A stretch of 64,000 nucleotides of DNA from Haliotis rubra (GCF_003918875.1 NW_025767515.1:62001-126000), one strand, 5' to 3'; positions 47,101 to 60,100 are shown, counted from the stretch's first letter. Made by a program: numbers and translations. The notes: generated by a model not told the origin, from the letters alone.

Positions 47101-50100
47101 TAGTTGAACAAGGGTAAGGGGTAGTTGAATGAGGTTAGCGGGATAGTTGAAGTTGAGGTTAGGGGGTAGTTGAATGAGGTTAGGGAGTAGTTGAACAAGG
47201 TTAAGGGGTAGTTGAACATGAGAATAAGGGGTAGTTGAACAAGGTTAAAGGAGAGTTGTATGAGGTTAGCGGGTAGTTGAACAAAGGTTAAGGGGTAGTT
47301 GAATGAGGTTAAGGGGTAGTTGAATGAGGTTAAGGGGTAGTTGAACGAGGTTAAGGGGTAGTTGAACAAGGTTAAGGGTAGTTGAATGAGGTTAGCGGGT
47401 AGATGAACAAGGTTAAGGGGTAGTTGAACAAGGTTAAGGGGTAGTTGAACAAGGTTAAGGGGTAGTTGAACAAGGTTAAGGGATAGTTGAACAAGGTTAA
47501 GGGTAGTTGAATGAGGTTAAGGGGTAGTTGAATGAGGTTAGGGAGTAGTTGAATGAGGTCAGGGAGTAGTTGAATGAGGTTAAGGGGTAGTTGAACAAGA
47601 TTAAAGGGTAGTTGAACAAGGGTAAGGGGTAGTTGAATGAGGTTAGCAGGAAGTTGAATGAGGTTAGGGGGTAGTTGAATGAGGTTAGGGAGTAGTTGAA
47701 CAAGGTTAAGGGTAGTTGAATGAGGTTAAGGGTAGTTGAATGAGGTTAAAGGTAGTTGAACAAGGTTAAAGGGTAGTTGAACAAGGTTTAAGGTAGTTAG
47801 TTGAGAGAGTTAAGGGTAGTTGAATGAGGTTAGGGTAGTTGAATGAGGTTAAGGGTAGTTGAATGAGGTTGAATGAGGTTAAGGGGTAGTTGAATGAGGT
47901 TAAGGGGTAGTTGAACAAGGTTAAAGGGTAGTTGAACAAGGTTAAGGGGTAGTTGAATGAGGTTAGCGGGAAGTTGAATGAGGTTAGAGGGTAGTTGAAT
48001 GAGGTTAGGGAGTAGTTGAACAAGGTTAAGGGGTAGTTGAATGAGAATAAGGGGTAGTTGAACAAGGGTAAAGGAGAGTTGTATGAGGTTAGCGGGTAGT
48101 TGAACAAGGTTAAGGGGTAGTTGAATGAGGTTAAGGGGTAGTTGAATAAGGTTAGGGAGTAGTTGAATAAGGTTTGGGAGTAGTTGGTAGTTGAATAAGG
48201 TTAAGGAGTAGTTGAATAAGGTTAGGGAGTAGTTAAGGAGGTTAGCAGGTAGTTGAACAAGGTTAAGGGGTAGTTGAATGAGGTTAGGGAGTAGTTGAAT
48301 AAGGTTAGGGAGTAGTTGAATAAGGTTAGGGTGTAGTTGAATAAGGTTAGGGGTAGTTGAACAAGGTTAAGGGGTAGTTGAATGAGGTTAGGGAGTAGTT
48401 GAATAAGGTTAGGGAGTAGTTGAATAAGGTTAGGGAGTAGTTGAATAAGGTTAGGGAGTAGTTGAATGAGGTTAGCAGGTAGTTGAACAAGGTTAAGGGG
48501 TAGTTGAATGAGGTTAGAGAGTAGTTGAATAAGGTTAGGGAGTAGTTGAATAAGGTTAGGGGGTAGTTGAATGAGGTCAGGGGGTAGTTGAATGTAGTAA
48601 GGGGGTCGTGGAACTGGAAGAAAAAAGTTATTCTTGCTTTTACACAGGACACATGTTTAGAAAAGCATAGGAATGTTCTATCTGAATTATGTACAGATTT
48701 GAAGATCCATATACCTTGAGAATGATCGGCTAAAACTATCATCAGAGGTATGAATGAAGAATCTTAACTGTTGTGCTAAACACGTTCATGCTAACTGACA
48801 TTTGATTCGTTTATATTCCAGAGTGATGCTGTATCCAAGGTAACAGGAATGTTTGCCCTGTTCCTGTCCCACGTGGTATATCTTGTCTACATTGTACAGC
48901 GACATGACGAGATGGTGGCCTGGCTGGGCAGCATGCTGTTCGTGTGGACCAATGTGCTGGTGATTGTACCAGCGTGGGACATAGTGAGTTGGGAGAATGA
49001 GTCAATGATTCTAGGGAACTGACGTGATGTTGCTCTAATGGTTGCTGCCTTATGTAGCAACATACATACAAATAAGTGTGTGTGAAGCTGCTTGTATTGA
49101 AGTACTGTCGGAAATAGAAAAAAACTGTTTTTAGGCTGTTACTCTGTATCCCTAAAATTGACAAATTTACAAAAGGCATATATTGAAATAACCCACATCG
49201 GCCTAACTGGCGTTCAGTGGGATGCGTAATACGATATCCAGAAAAGCATGTTTACTCATAAAATCGGGCAAAACTTAGAAAATACGAATACCTGCTCAAA
49301 ACAATAGATCGGACTATAGATGGCAATTAGGTCGCACAGCTAGGTATGACGACGGACCGTCGACTCACCTGGCATGAAATGCACGTCCTACCTACAAGCA
49401 CAAGGGGTCATCTCAAAGATATTTGGGCGGTGGGGTAGCCAAGTGGTTAAAGCGTTGGCTCGTCACGCCGAAGACCCGGGTTAGAATCCCCACATGGGTA
49501 CAATGTGTGAAGCCCATTTCTGGTGTTCCCCGCCGTGATGTTGCTGGAATATTGCTAAAAGCAGCGTAAAACCAAACTCAGTCAGTCAGTCAGTCAAAGA
49601 TATTTTATGCTTTTTCATGTGTGTTGAATATGTCTCATCTATTGATTAATATCTAACGTGTCTTTCTTTCGTAACGTTTATGTTGACATATGTAAAAGGG
49701 TATGATACCCATGGAAAAGCTTAAATCAGCCATCGTATTAAATGTCTCAAAATATATAGGTGGCATGACCACCCAAAGATCGACAGGACTGGATATTATT
49801 TGTAAATTGTTATCACATGCCGTTTGCTTCCCAGTATAATTCCCCTAAAGGAATTTCTTATCTCAGCTTGTATCTCTATCCCCCATCCCGACCCCAACCA
49901 CCGTCTGCGACACCCGTCTTGGATTTGCTTTTGAGATGACCCCTCCTACCTGTTTCTTTGTATAGTGATAGTGAGACTCCATCGCATGACATGCCGTTTG
50001 CTTCCCAGTTTAATTCCCCTAAAGGAATTTCTTATCTCATCTTGTATCTCTATCCCCAATGCTGACCCCAACCACCATCTGCGACACCCATCCTGGATTT

Positions 50101-53100
50101 GCTTTTGAGACGACCCCTCCTACCTGTTTCTTCTTATAGTGATAGTGAGACTCCATCGCATGACATGCCGTTTGCTTCCCAGTTTAATTCCCCTAAAGGA
50201 ATTTCTTATCTCAGCTTGTATCTCTATCCCCAATGCTGACCCCAACCACCGTCTGCGACACCCATCCTGGATTTGCTTTTGAGACGACCCCTCCTACCTG
50301 TTTCTTCTTATAGTGATAGTGAGACTCCATCGCATGACATGCCGTTTGCTTCCCAGTTTAATTCCCCTAAAGGAATTTCTTATCTCAGCTTGTATCTCTA
50401 TCCCCAATGCTGACCCCAACCACCGTCTGCGACACCCATCCTGTATTTGCTTTTGAGACGACCCCTCCTACCTGTTTCTTCTTATAGTGATAGTGAGACT
50501 CCATCGCATGACATGCCGTTTGCTTCCCAGTTTAATTCCCCTAAAGGAATTTCTTATCTCAGCTTGTATCTCTATCCCCAATGCTGACCCCAACCACCGT
50601 CTGCGACACCCATCCTGTATTTGCTTTTGAGACGACCCCTCCTACCTGTTTCTTCTTATAGTGATAGTGAGACTCCATAGTAGCTGCATCCTTCATAGTT
50701 TCAGTTTTATAGTTTTTATTTTTTACGTCAGCTATCGTTTATGATAAAGCTAAGTTTAATTTCAAAATGGACATATAAAAATTGTCCTTTGTAATATAAT
50801 ATCATCGCACACTAATTTGCGTAAAGACATGGTCTGTTCCAAATAAGTCCCTTTGGCTTAGAAAAACCCCGCATTGCACTAATCTCTCCTCAGTAAAGTC
50901 ATTTAGACTGTAGTTAGGCCAAACTTAGTTTAACAGATATTTCACACTTACACATATCAACTACATAAATTGTAGATATCAATGCGAAAAAACAGTTTAT
51001 TTCTATTTCCGACAGTACTTTAGTGAGGACTACAGTTCTCCAGGGGTGGGGTGGGATGTTCTCCAGTGGGGTGTTCTCCCACTGAGATACCAGGCCTCTG
51101 TTTAACATGGAATCATAGCTGTCCAGTCCCTGTTTCGTCCCCTTAATTCCAAGCATCAGACGCCATGTTGTATTACATGACGGTATTGAACCATTGACCA
51201 TCAGCTCTCCGAGTCGATGTTGTATCCACTAGAACCTGATGAGGGTTTAACAGGCGTTATAGGTAGAAGGGTATTCAGCAGGTTGTACACAATACAAATA
51301 ATCTTTGTTTTTAGGGGAAAGGTTATGGTCTTCACTGATATTTTTGATTGACTGAATTTAGCTGGGATATTAGACTAATGGCTAGTTTCTGAAATGAACA
51401 TATTTTACAGAAAATAGAAGTTCTTAAATTAAAATTATAAATACATTAAAAAGTAGCCCAGAGACTTTCTTCATTTTCAGAAACTGCGGTAATGTAGACT
51501 TGCCACACATTATAGACTTACTTGGGCTGCATTGGGTATATTTGTTTCTGGGTCTGTATGACAGACTACTGGGATATAAACTACATTTACAACAGTTTGT
51601 AGAAGAATTACCCAACTGGGGTACATTATACTGGCTCCCAGCCAGCCAGCCCTTATTCATCCCCTTAATGCCAAGCACCAGGCAGGGTGACAACAATCAT
51701 CTTTCAAAGTCTCTTGCTATGATGCAGCCAATGGTGAACAAACATTTTCATCAACTAAAGTAGACAATGGAAGTGTTCTGCATGGAGATGGTCCATGTTT
51801 AAACTATCTAGGTGGTCTGCAGGTAGATGATCATCTCCAGACAGATGTTCTATCCACTAGACCTAGTCTCCAGGCAGGAGATCTATCTGTAGATCACAGA
51901 AGCGGTCTCTAGGCAGATGTTCTCAGATCCACTAGTCCATAGGGGTGGTCTCCAGGCAGATGATCTAATAACTTGAAAACATGACCGTCTACAGAAAACG
52001 AAGACTTGACTTGAACGGTCTGCGATGTCTGCTTGATGAGGGGGCATGGTGGGCGAACTGGCTAAAGCGCCAGGCTAGTGATCTAGCAAGCTTGAGGTGA
52101 CGGGATCGAGCCCACCTGTGACGGGGTGTAAAAACCTTGGAGTCAACTTTGTGTGCAGACTCTTTCAGTGTTGTCACAACCCCTAGTGTACAGTACACAA
52201 CCCTGTGCACTTAAAAGAACCCACGAATCCGTTGGTATATGACCAGATGGTGGCCACATGAATATGTGCAAACACCAAGTTGCGGGTACAGCAACGTGCA
52301 GTAAACTTGGACAAAGTACTGTGACTATGTGTCCCAGTCCACCAAGCTGTGAATGGGTACCTCGTAAGGATGGGAATGCCACAATAACTCGGTGCACCTA
52401 GTGGCTGCAAGAGTTTTATGCTCCCCAGGGAGTTGAGATTGACAATACGATGTGCTGTTGAGATTGACATCCAGTGAACAAGGGAAAAGCAAAGCGCCTT
52501 TGAGCAGCTGAGCTGAGCTGGATATCGGCGCTATACAAATGTTATTATGTATGTATGTATGTATGTATGATGAATAATGTGTTGTTTCAGGTGGAAGTTG
52601 TGAGGAGAAAGAGCTCAGAAGGTGTGTCTGTCTCAGTGCTGATGGGGGGCCTCATGTGCTCCTTCGTCTGGCTCCTCTATGGGTATCTGCTGAATGACTT
52701 CAACATCTATGTGAGTACTTGCAAGGGACAGGGAGATGTTTGTAGTCCAAAGAAAGGTTGAAATTAAGTGGAGTAAGTATATGTAAATAGTCAAGTCTGA
52801 ACCAGACACATCACCTAAAGTCAGCATGATGATAGCCTGATGTCTCATGATGATAGCCTGATGTCTCATGATGATAGCCTGATGTCTCATGATGATAGCC
52901 TGATGTCTCATGATGATAGCCTGATGTCTCATGATGATGAAGCCAGATGGGTGTCTCATCATGGTGTAGCTGAGCGTCTCATCATGGTGTAGCTGAGCAT
53001 CTCATCATGGTGTAGCTGAGCGTCTCATCATGGTGTAGCTGAGCATCTCATCATGGTGTAGCTGAGCGTCTCATCATGGTGTAGCTGGTTGTCTCATCAT

Positions 53101-54742
53101 GGTGTAGCTGGTTGTCTCATCATGGTGTAGCTGAGCGTCTCATCATGGTGTAGCTGAGCGTCTCATCATGGTGTAGCTGAGCGTCTCATCATGGTGTAGC
53201 TGGTTGTCTCATCATGGTGTAGCTGGTTGTCTCATCATGGTAGCTGGCGTCTCATCATGGTGTAGCTGAGCGTCTCATGGTGTAGCTGGGTGTCTCATCA
53301 TGGTGTAGCTCATGGTGTAGCTGGGTGTCTCATCATGGTGTAGCTATATCATGGGTAGCTCTTGTCATGGTGTAGCTGAGGCGTCTCATCATGGTGTAGC
53401 TGGGTGTCTCATCATGGTGTAGCTGGTTGTCTCATCATGGTGTAGCTGAGCGTCTCATCATGGTGTAGCTGGGTGTCTCATCATGGTTTAGCTGGGTGTC
53501 TCATCATGGTATAGCTGGGTGTCTCGTCATGGTGTAGCTGGGTGTCTCGTCATGGTGTAGCTGGTTGTCTCATCATGGTGTAGCTGGGTGTCTCATCATG
53601 GTATAGCTGGGTGTCTCGTCATGGTGTAGCTGGGTGTCTAGTCATGGTGTAGCTAGGTGTCTAATCATGGTGTAGCTGGTTGTCTCATCATGGTGTGGCT
53701 GGGTGTCTCATCATGGTATAGCTGGGTGTCTCGTCATGGTGTAGCTGGGTGTCTCATCATGGTGTAGCTGGTTGTCTCGTCATGGTGTAGCTGGGTGTCT
53801 CATGGTATAGCTGGGTGTCTAATCATGGTGTAGCTGGGTGTTGCATCATGGTGTAGCTAGGTGTCTCATCATGGTGTAGCTGGGTGTCTCATGTTGTAGC
53901 TAGGTGTCTCATCATGGTGTAGCTGGGTGTCTCATCATGGTGTAGCTGGGTGTCTCGTCATGGTGTAGCTGGTTGTCTCATGGTGTAGCTGGGTGTCTCA
54001 TTATGAAGTAGCTGAGTGTCTCATCATGGTGTAGCTGAGCGTCTCATTATGATGTAGCTGGGTGTCTCATCATGGTGTAGCTGGGCGTCTCATCATGGTG
54101 TAGCTCTGTGTCTCATCATGGTGTAGCTGGGTGTCTCATGGTGGTGTAGGTGGGTGTTTCGTCATGGTGTAGCTGGGTGTCTCATCATGGTGTAGCTGGG
54201 TGTCTCATGGTGTAGCTGGGTGTCTCATGGTGTAGTTGGGTGTCTCATCATGGTGTAGCTGGGTGTCTCATCATGGTGTAGCTGGGTGTCTCATGGTGTA
54301 GCTGGGTGTCTCATGGTGGCTTGGGTGTCTCATCATGGTGTAGCTGAGTGTCTCGTCATATTGTAGCTGGGTGTCTCATCATGGTGTAGCTGGGTGTCTC
54401 ATCATGGTGCAGCTGAGTGTCTCATCATGGTGTAGCTGGGTGTCTCATGGTGTAGCTGGGTTTGTAATCATGGTGTAGCTGGGTGTCTCATCATGGTGTA
54501 GCTGGGTGTCTCATGATGTAGCTGAGTGTGTCATCATGGTGTAGCTGAGAGTCTCATTATGGTGTAGCTGGGTGTCTCATTATGATGTAGCTGGGTGTAT
54601 CATCATAGTGTGGCTTCATGTACCGTGTCTGACATGTTGCGATGTGTTTCAGGCGCCCAACATCCCCGGGGTAATTATCAACGTCACCCGCCTCGTCTTG
54701 TTGATAGCATACCGAGGTGGAGGCAAGGCCAAGGTGGAGTAA
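38034..54742 (+). CDS. SLC50A1: Sugar transporter SWEET1 (MtN3/saliva family), complete, 6 coding exons (213 aa)
   Basis: Exons 38034-38101, 44727-44804, 45288-45411, 48822-48983, 52591-52710, 54653-54742. Two MtN3 repeats: TKNIPFFFF..YYG...LNILG and EVVRRKSSEGVS...WLLYGYLLNDFNIYAPNIPG. About seven hydrophobic segments. Confidence 0.93.
38775..39145 (-). mobile_element. Penelope-like retroelement remnant (GIY-YIG end)
   Basis: Minus strand encodes degenerate CGCALFGETSRP and LIDNPDHSILWDKA; ends in CTTGATAATGG...AAATGTCG...AATAAAGTTG typical of PLE 3' ends. Confidence 0.6.
41070..41865. repeat. 28-bp minisatellite CATGTTCCACAGTCATTTAAAGGTAGTG
   Basis: Over 20 tandem copies, degenerate at the left end; SLC50A1 intron 1. 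Confidence 0.95.
44310..44637. mobile_element. hAT-like MITE
   Basis: TIR CAGTGTTTCCG / CGGAAACACTG; flanking duplication GGATTAA (44303-44309, 44638-44644); repeated subterminal CCGG motifs. Confidence 0.8.
44727..44804 (+). CDS. SLC50A1: SLC50A1 exon 2
   Basis: PPCVSMYKTQETKNIPFFFFLICLM. Confidence 0.9.
45288..45411 (+). CDS. SLC50A1: SLC50A1 exon 3
   Basis: SMIGLYYGVLIDNGMLKMLNILGTALWGIYIFVYILVAQVK; CAGTAG tandem acceptor. Confidence 0.9.
45897..48605. repeat. 2.7-kb G-rich 21-bp minisatellite AGGTTAAGGGGTAGTTGAA(CA/TG)
   Basis: Direct inspection; SLC50A1 intron 3. Confidence 0.97.
48822..48983 (+). CDS. SLC50A1: SLC50A1 exon 4
   Basis: SDAVSKVTGMFALFLSHVVYLVYIVQRHDEMVAWLGSMLFVWTNVLVIVPAWDI. 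Confidence 0.88.
49425..49593 (+). mobile_element. tRNA-derived SINE, family A, with 12-bp TSD
   Basis: TSD TCAAAGATATTT at 49413-49424 and 49594-49605; (CAGT)n tail. Confidence 0.92.
49815..50678. repeat. 174-bp tandem repeat, 5 copies
   Basis: Units start at 49815, 49989, 50163, 50337 and 50511. Confidence 0.95.
52040..52567 (+). mobile_element. Composite tRNA-derived SINE (Nin/Deu-like + CORE-like + L2-type tail)
   Basis: tRNA-like head; GAGTCAACTTTGTGTGCAGACTC...TGCACTTAAAAGAACCC; CCACCAAGCTGTGAATGGGTACC; AAAGCGCCTTTGAG...GGCGCTATACAAAT; (TATG)n. Confidence 0.8.
52591..52710 (+). CDS. SLC50A1: SLC50A1 exon 5
   Basis: VEVVRRKSSEGVSVSVLMGGLMCSFVWLLYGYLLNDFNIY. Confidence 0.93.
52824..54612. 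repeat. Compound minisatellite: 21-bp x about 5, then 23-bp TCTCATCATGGTGTAGCTGGGTG array
   Basis: Direct inspection; fills SLC50A1 intron 5. Confidence 0.95.
54653..54742 (+). CDS. SLC50A1: SLC50A1 last coding exon
   Basis: APNIPGVIINVTRLVLLIAYRGGGKAKVE*. Confidence 0.9.
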   Translation, partial: APNIPGVIINVTRLVLLIAYRGGGKAKVE

Positions 54743-55357
54743 CAGCCTCCCCATCACCCTCCATCTTCTGCATAATACAGAAGTGCATAATATGTGGCTA
54801 TCCATGCAACAAAGTTTAAACCATTTCATAATGTATGTATGAATACCCATATGGTATGGTGCATCATTAAGTGTGGACAGAACGTGAATGCGTGTCTGAG
54901 TATGAAATGCATGGCGATGTACGTTTGCACTGATTACTGCTCACACCGACTTGCTACAGATGTTCATTTACCAGTGAGGTATATGAGACTCTTTATGAAA
55001 GAATGAGATTTGTAGATACATTCATCAATACTCTAGTGAATTTTAAAATAACCCAGGATGATCCATGAATATTGAAGTTGGTTTTAACTGTCTGTTTTTC
55101 CATTTTTAACACTTTCAAGTTTCATCAATCTTTTCGATGAAATCTTTTTTTATACACTGGTAATCAAATATTGTTTTTTATACACATATATGTGTTCGAT
55201 ATTTTAATTCCATATTTGTTTTAGATGTCTTTGGTTAACCCAAGAATTCGAATATAACAGCAATCGGTGATAAAATATCCAAGCAGACATATGTATTAAC
55301 AACTTTATTGATATGATAGTTGTGACTGGTTTTACCTCATTATGTCTCTCTTTATTT

Positions 55358-56251
55358 AAGAAATAGAGTTCGCTCTACCACCATGTATAGTGTAATAAAA
55401 CACACTTTCCCCCTGAACTATTATAGTTAAAGTACGAGGACGCTTGCATCCGAGTGCTTTAACGTTATAATAGTTCAGGGCGAAAGTGTGCTTTATTACA
55501 CTATACATAGTGGTAGAGCGAACTGTATTTCTTTTCTAAGATGCCAAATTTAATACTTTCTAAGGATAATGACGATAATTAATTTAAGGCAGAACACAAA
55601 CGATGGTGTGGGTGACCTAAATTAAGAATCCTCGCACAGGGCTAACTGGCTCGCTGTTCTATTGATGTGTATGCCCCCCCTACCTTAAGACGAACGTTAC
55701 CAGGAAAAAACAAATGATAACAGTTTGATGACGGTTTACATTCGGATTAAATATCTTCTCTGAATTATTTTAATTACATCTGTCATTAACGTAAACCATA
55801 TGGGGCAATATGAACGTCGCATTTCTACTACCAGCGTAAGTTTAGATCAGTTCATCCAGACGAAGCTGAGTAGTCTAGTGAAATTCCACGATTGCATTGT
55901 GGGAATGTAAACATTGCGAGCGTTACCGTGTCGCTGAAAACTTGTGAGTCGAATTGACACATTTTAACTGTCGTAAAACATAAACGTAATGTTTCCACCA
56001 GTGATGTTAGCTGCGTGAAGCAACTGCAAACCAAGAAACGGGATGCAACGGAGTAGTTTACTGTAGGAGGCCATATGAGGCGATGACAACTGACATGCAT
56101 CGTGACGTCGCTTACATTGTGACATAATGTAAAATGGTTCGATTACGAGGGGGCACACTAGAATGACGCAGTGACGGGATAACGCCATTCAATTGTTACG
56201 TCATCAAAAAACTATACCTTTATTGTCTGATAATCTTAGGCATCTTAGAAA
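55358..56251. mobile_element. Crypton-like non-autonomous element with long terminal hairpin
   Basis: About 176-bp imperfect palindrome at 55358-55533 with CGAGG...CCGAG centre; separate 13-bp IR TTTCTAAGATGCC (55533-55545) / GGCATCTTAGAAA (56239-56251). Confidence 0.6.
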
Positions 56252-57174
56252 TCCTCATATATACACAGATTGTTGTAGCTGGATGTTCCCAGGTTGATGA
56301 CAGTGTTTTAGATCTGTGTTAAGGAGAGGGCACCTGTTTCTTGTCAGGTGAGAGGTTTATCCCTTCATTGGGGAAATAGTTTTGTCAGTCTGTCATATTT
56401 CAATACTAGGGCCACATTAATGTGATAGTCTTTGTTATTGTTGTGTATTCTTTGAAAATGATCAATATATTTGTTTGTTTTGTTGCAAGAACAAATATTA
56501 TTTAACCAAACATTATTGCTGTTACCTCCATCTATATTTGTGCCAAAGTGTCATATGAAGTTTGTTACATGACTTGCAGATTGAAACAATATGTCAAGCC
56601 TGAAATCTATATGCAAAAGAAATCAGTGTGAAACCAACAAATAACAAAGCAATGTTATAAATTAACAATTTTATTAGAGAATTTACCAGATTTACTAGTC
56701 AGTACAAATTACTAAAGTTTTTCAATGTCAGTAAACAATGGAGTGCCAATACAAAATTTAGTAACAGTACGATTACAATAGCAGTATAAAATACTATAGC
56801 AGTGCTACTAGCTCTAAAGTCAGTTATTGACAGAAACAGAACAATGTAAAACAAACTAGAATTTTTAACAATAAATCACACCGCCATAAAAAAACTTGTA
56901 ACATATGTTCTTATACTTGTTATTTTAGTAAACCTCTGACACAGTGCCTCAGATTCCAGTGTGTGGTGTATATGTGTCTGAATCACGCATGTTCAAACAG
57001 AATTGTACCAGTATGTCTGACATTTGTTACTCAGAGAATCCATTTATTTTGTATTAAACACTTGAAGCAGTTTTTATTTCTTTGATATTTATATGTTCAT
57101 GTCAAAGTGTAATTTTGTTGTATATCTTATTAAGCTTTTATTGTAAGCATAAACAATTCGACCTTTTGGACAAT

Positions 57175-60100
57175 AGCCAAGTGGGCCCTATCCAGCATCT
57201 ACCTACAGTAGACCAACCTAGAACCCAATCGACCAATGGTGAAATTGGCCCCTTTCTAGCGTCTACCTACAGTAGACCTTCTCCTTTCAACCCAATCGAC
57301 CAGTGGAGAAGTGGGACGTATCTAGCATCTACCTACAGTAGACCTACCTAGAGCCCTGTCCACCAATGGTGAATTGAGCCCCTATCCAGCATCTACCTGC
57401 AGCAGACCATGTCCTTAGAACCCAGTAGACCAATGGTGAAGTGGACTTCTGTCTAGCATCTACCTAAAGTAGACCTTCTCCTTAGAATCCAATCGACCAA
57501 TGGTGAAGTGGGCCCCTATCTTGCATCTCCCTGCAGTAGACCTTCTCCTAAGAACCAAGTAGACTGATGGTGAAGTGGGCCCCTATCCACCATCTACCTA
57601 CAGTAGAGCAACATAGAACCCAATCGATCAATGGTGAAGTGAGCCCCTATCCACCATCTACCTACAGTAAAGCAACATAGAACCCAATCGATCAATGGTG
57701 AAGTCAGCCCCTATCCACCATCTACCTACAGTAGAGCAACATAGAACCCAATCGATCAATGGTGAAGTGAGCCCCTATCCACCATCTACCTACAGTAGAG
57801 CAACATAGAACCCAATCGATCAATGGTGAAGTCAGCCCTATCCACCATCTACCTACAGTAGAGCAACATAGAACCCAATCGATCAATTGTGAAGTCAGCC
57901 CCTATCCACCATCTACCTACAGTAGAGCAACATAGAACCCAATCGATCAATGGTGAAGTCAGCCCTATCCACCATCTACCTACAGTAGAGCAACATAGAA
58001 CCCAATCGATCAATGGTGAAGTCAGCCCCCTATCCACCATCTACCTACAGTAGAGCAACATAGAACCCAATCGATCAATGGTGAAGTCAGCCCCTATCCA
58101 CCAATCTACCTACAGTAGAGCAACATAGAACCCAATCGATCAATGGTGAAGTGAGCCCCTATCCACAATCTACCTACAGTAAAGCAACATATAACCCAAT
58201 CGATCAATGGTGAAGTGAGCCCCTATCCACCATCTACCTACAGTAGAGCAACATAGAACCCAATCGATCAATGGTGAAGTCAGCCCCTATCCACAATCTA
58301 CCTACAGTAGAGCAACATATAACCCAATCGATCAATGGTGAAGTGAGCCCCTATCCACCATCTACCTACAGTAGAGCAACATAGAACCCAATCGATCAAT
58401 GGTGAAGTGAGCCCCTATCCACCATCTACCTACAGTAGAGCAACATAGAACCCTGTCCACCAATGGTGAATTGAGCCCCTATCCAGCATCTACCTGCAGC
58501 AGACCATGTCCTTAGAACCCAGTAGACCAATGGTGAAGTGGACTTCTGTCTAGCATCTACCTAAAGTAGACCTTCTCCTTAGAATCCAATCGACCAATGG
58601 TGAAGTGGGCCCCTATCTTGCATCTCCCTGCAGTAGACCTTCTCCTAAGAACCAAGTAGACTGATGGTGAAGTGGGCCCCTATCCACCATCTACCTACAG
58701 TAGAGCAACATAGAACCCAATCGATCAATGGTGAAGTGAGCTCCCTATCCACCATCTACCTACAGTAGAGCAACATAGAACCCAATCGATCAATGGTGAA
58801 GTCAGCCCTATCCACCATCTACCTACAGTAGAGCAACATAGAACCCAATCGATCAATGGTGAAGTCAGCCCTATCCACCATCTACCTACAGTAGAGCAAC
58901 ATAGAACCCAATCGATCAATGGTGAAGTCAGCCCTATCCACCATCTACCTACAGTAGAGCAACATAGAACCCAATCGATCAATTGTGAAGTCAGCCCCTA
59001 TCCACCATCTACCTACAGTAGAGCAACATAGAACCCAATCGATCAATGGTGAAGTCAGCCCTATCCACCATCTACCTACAGTAGAGCAACATAGAACCCA
59101 ATCGATCAATGGTGAAGTCAGCCCCTATCCACCATCTACCTACAGTAGAGCAACATAGAACCCAATCGATCAATGGTGAAGTCAGCCCCCTATCCACAAT
59201 CTACCTACAGTAGAGCAACATAGAACCCAATCGATCAATGGTGAAGTGAGCCCCTATCCACAATCTACCTACAGTAAAGCAACATATAACCCAATCGATC
59301 AATGGTGAAGTGAGCCCCTATCCACCATCTACCTACAGTAGAGCAACATAGAACCCAATCGATCAATGGTGAAGTCAGCCCCTATCCACAATCTACCTAC
59401 AGTAGAGCAACATATAACCCAATCGATCAATGGTGAAGTGAGCTCCCTATCCACCATCTACCTACAGTAGAGCAACATAGAACCCAATCGATCAATGGTG
59501 AAGTGAGCCCTATCCACCATCTACCTACAGTAGAGCAACATAGAACCCTGTCCACCAATGGTGAATTGAGCCCCTATCCAGCATCTACCTGCAGCAGACC
59601 ATGTCCTTAGAACCCAGTAGACCAATGGTGAAGTGGACTTCTGTCTAGCATCTACCTAAAGTAGACCTTCTCCTTAGAATCCAATCGACCAATGGTGAAG
59701 TGGGCCCCTATCTTGCATCTCCCTGCAGTAGACCTTCTCCTAAGAACCAAGTAGACTGATGGTGAAGTGGGCCCCTATCCACCATCTACCTACAGTAGAG
59801 CAACATAGAACCCAATCGATCAATGGTGAAGTGAGCCCCTATCCACCATCTACCTACAGTAGAGCAACATAGAACCCAATCGATCAATGGTGAAGTCAGC
59901 CCCTATCCACCATCTACCTACAGTAGAGCAACATAGAACCCAATCGATCAATGGTGAAGTCAGCCCTATCCACCATCTACCTACAGTAGAGCAACATAGA
60001 ACCCAATCGATCAATGGTGAAGTCAGCCCCTATCCACCATCTACCTACAGTAGAGCAACATAGAACCCAATCGATCAATGGTGAAGTCAGCCCCTATCCA

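Noticed and set aside
46162-48742. (FNYPLTS)n and (LVQLPLN)n ORFs
   Set aside because: Reverse translation of the 21-bp minisatellite with frequent frameshifts.
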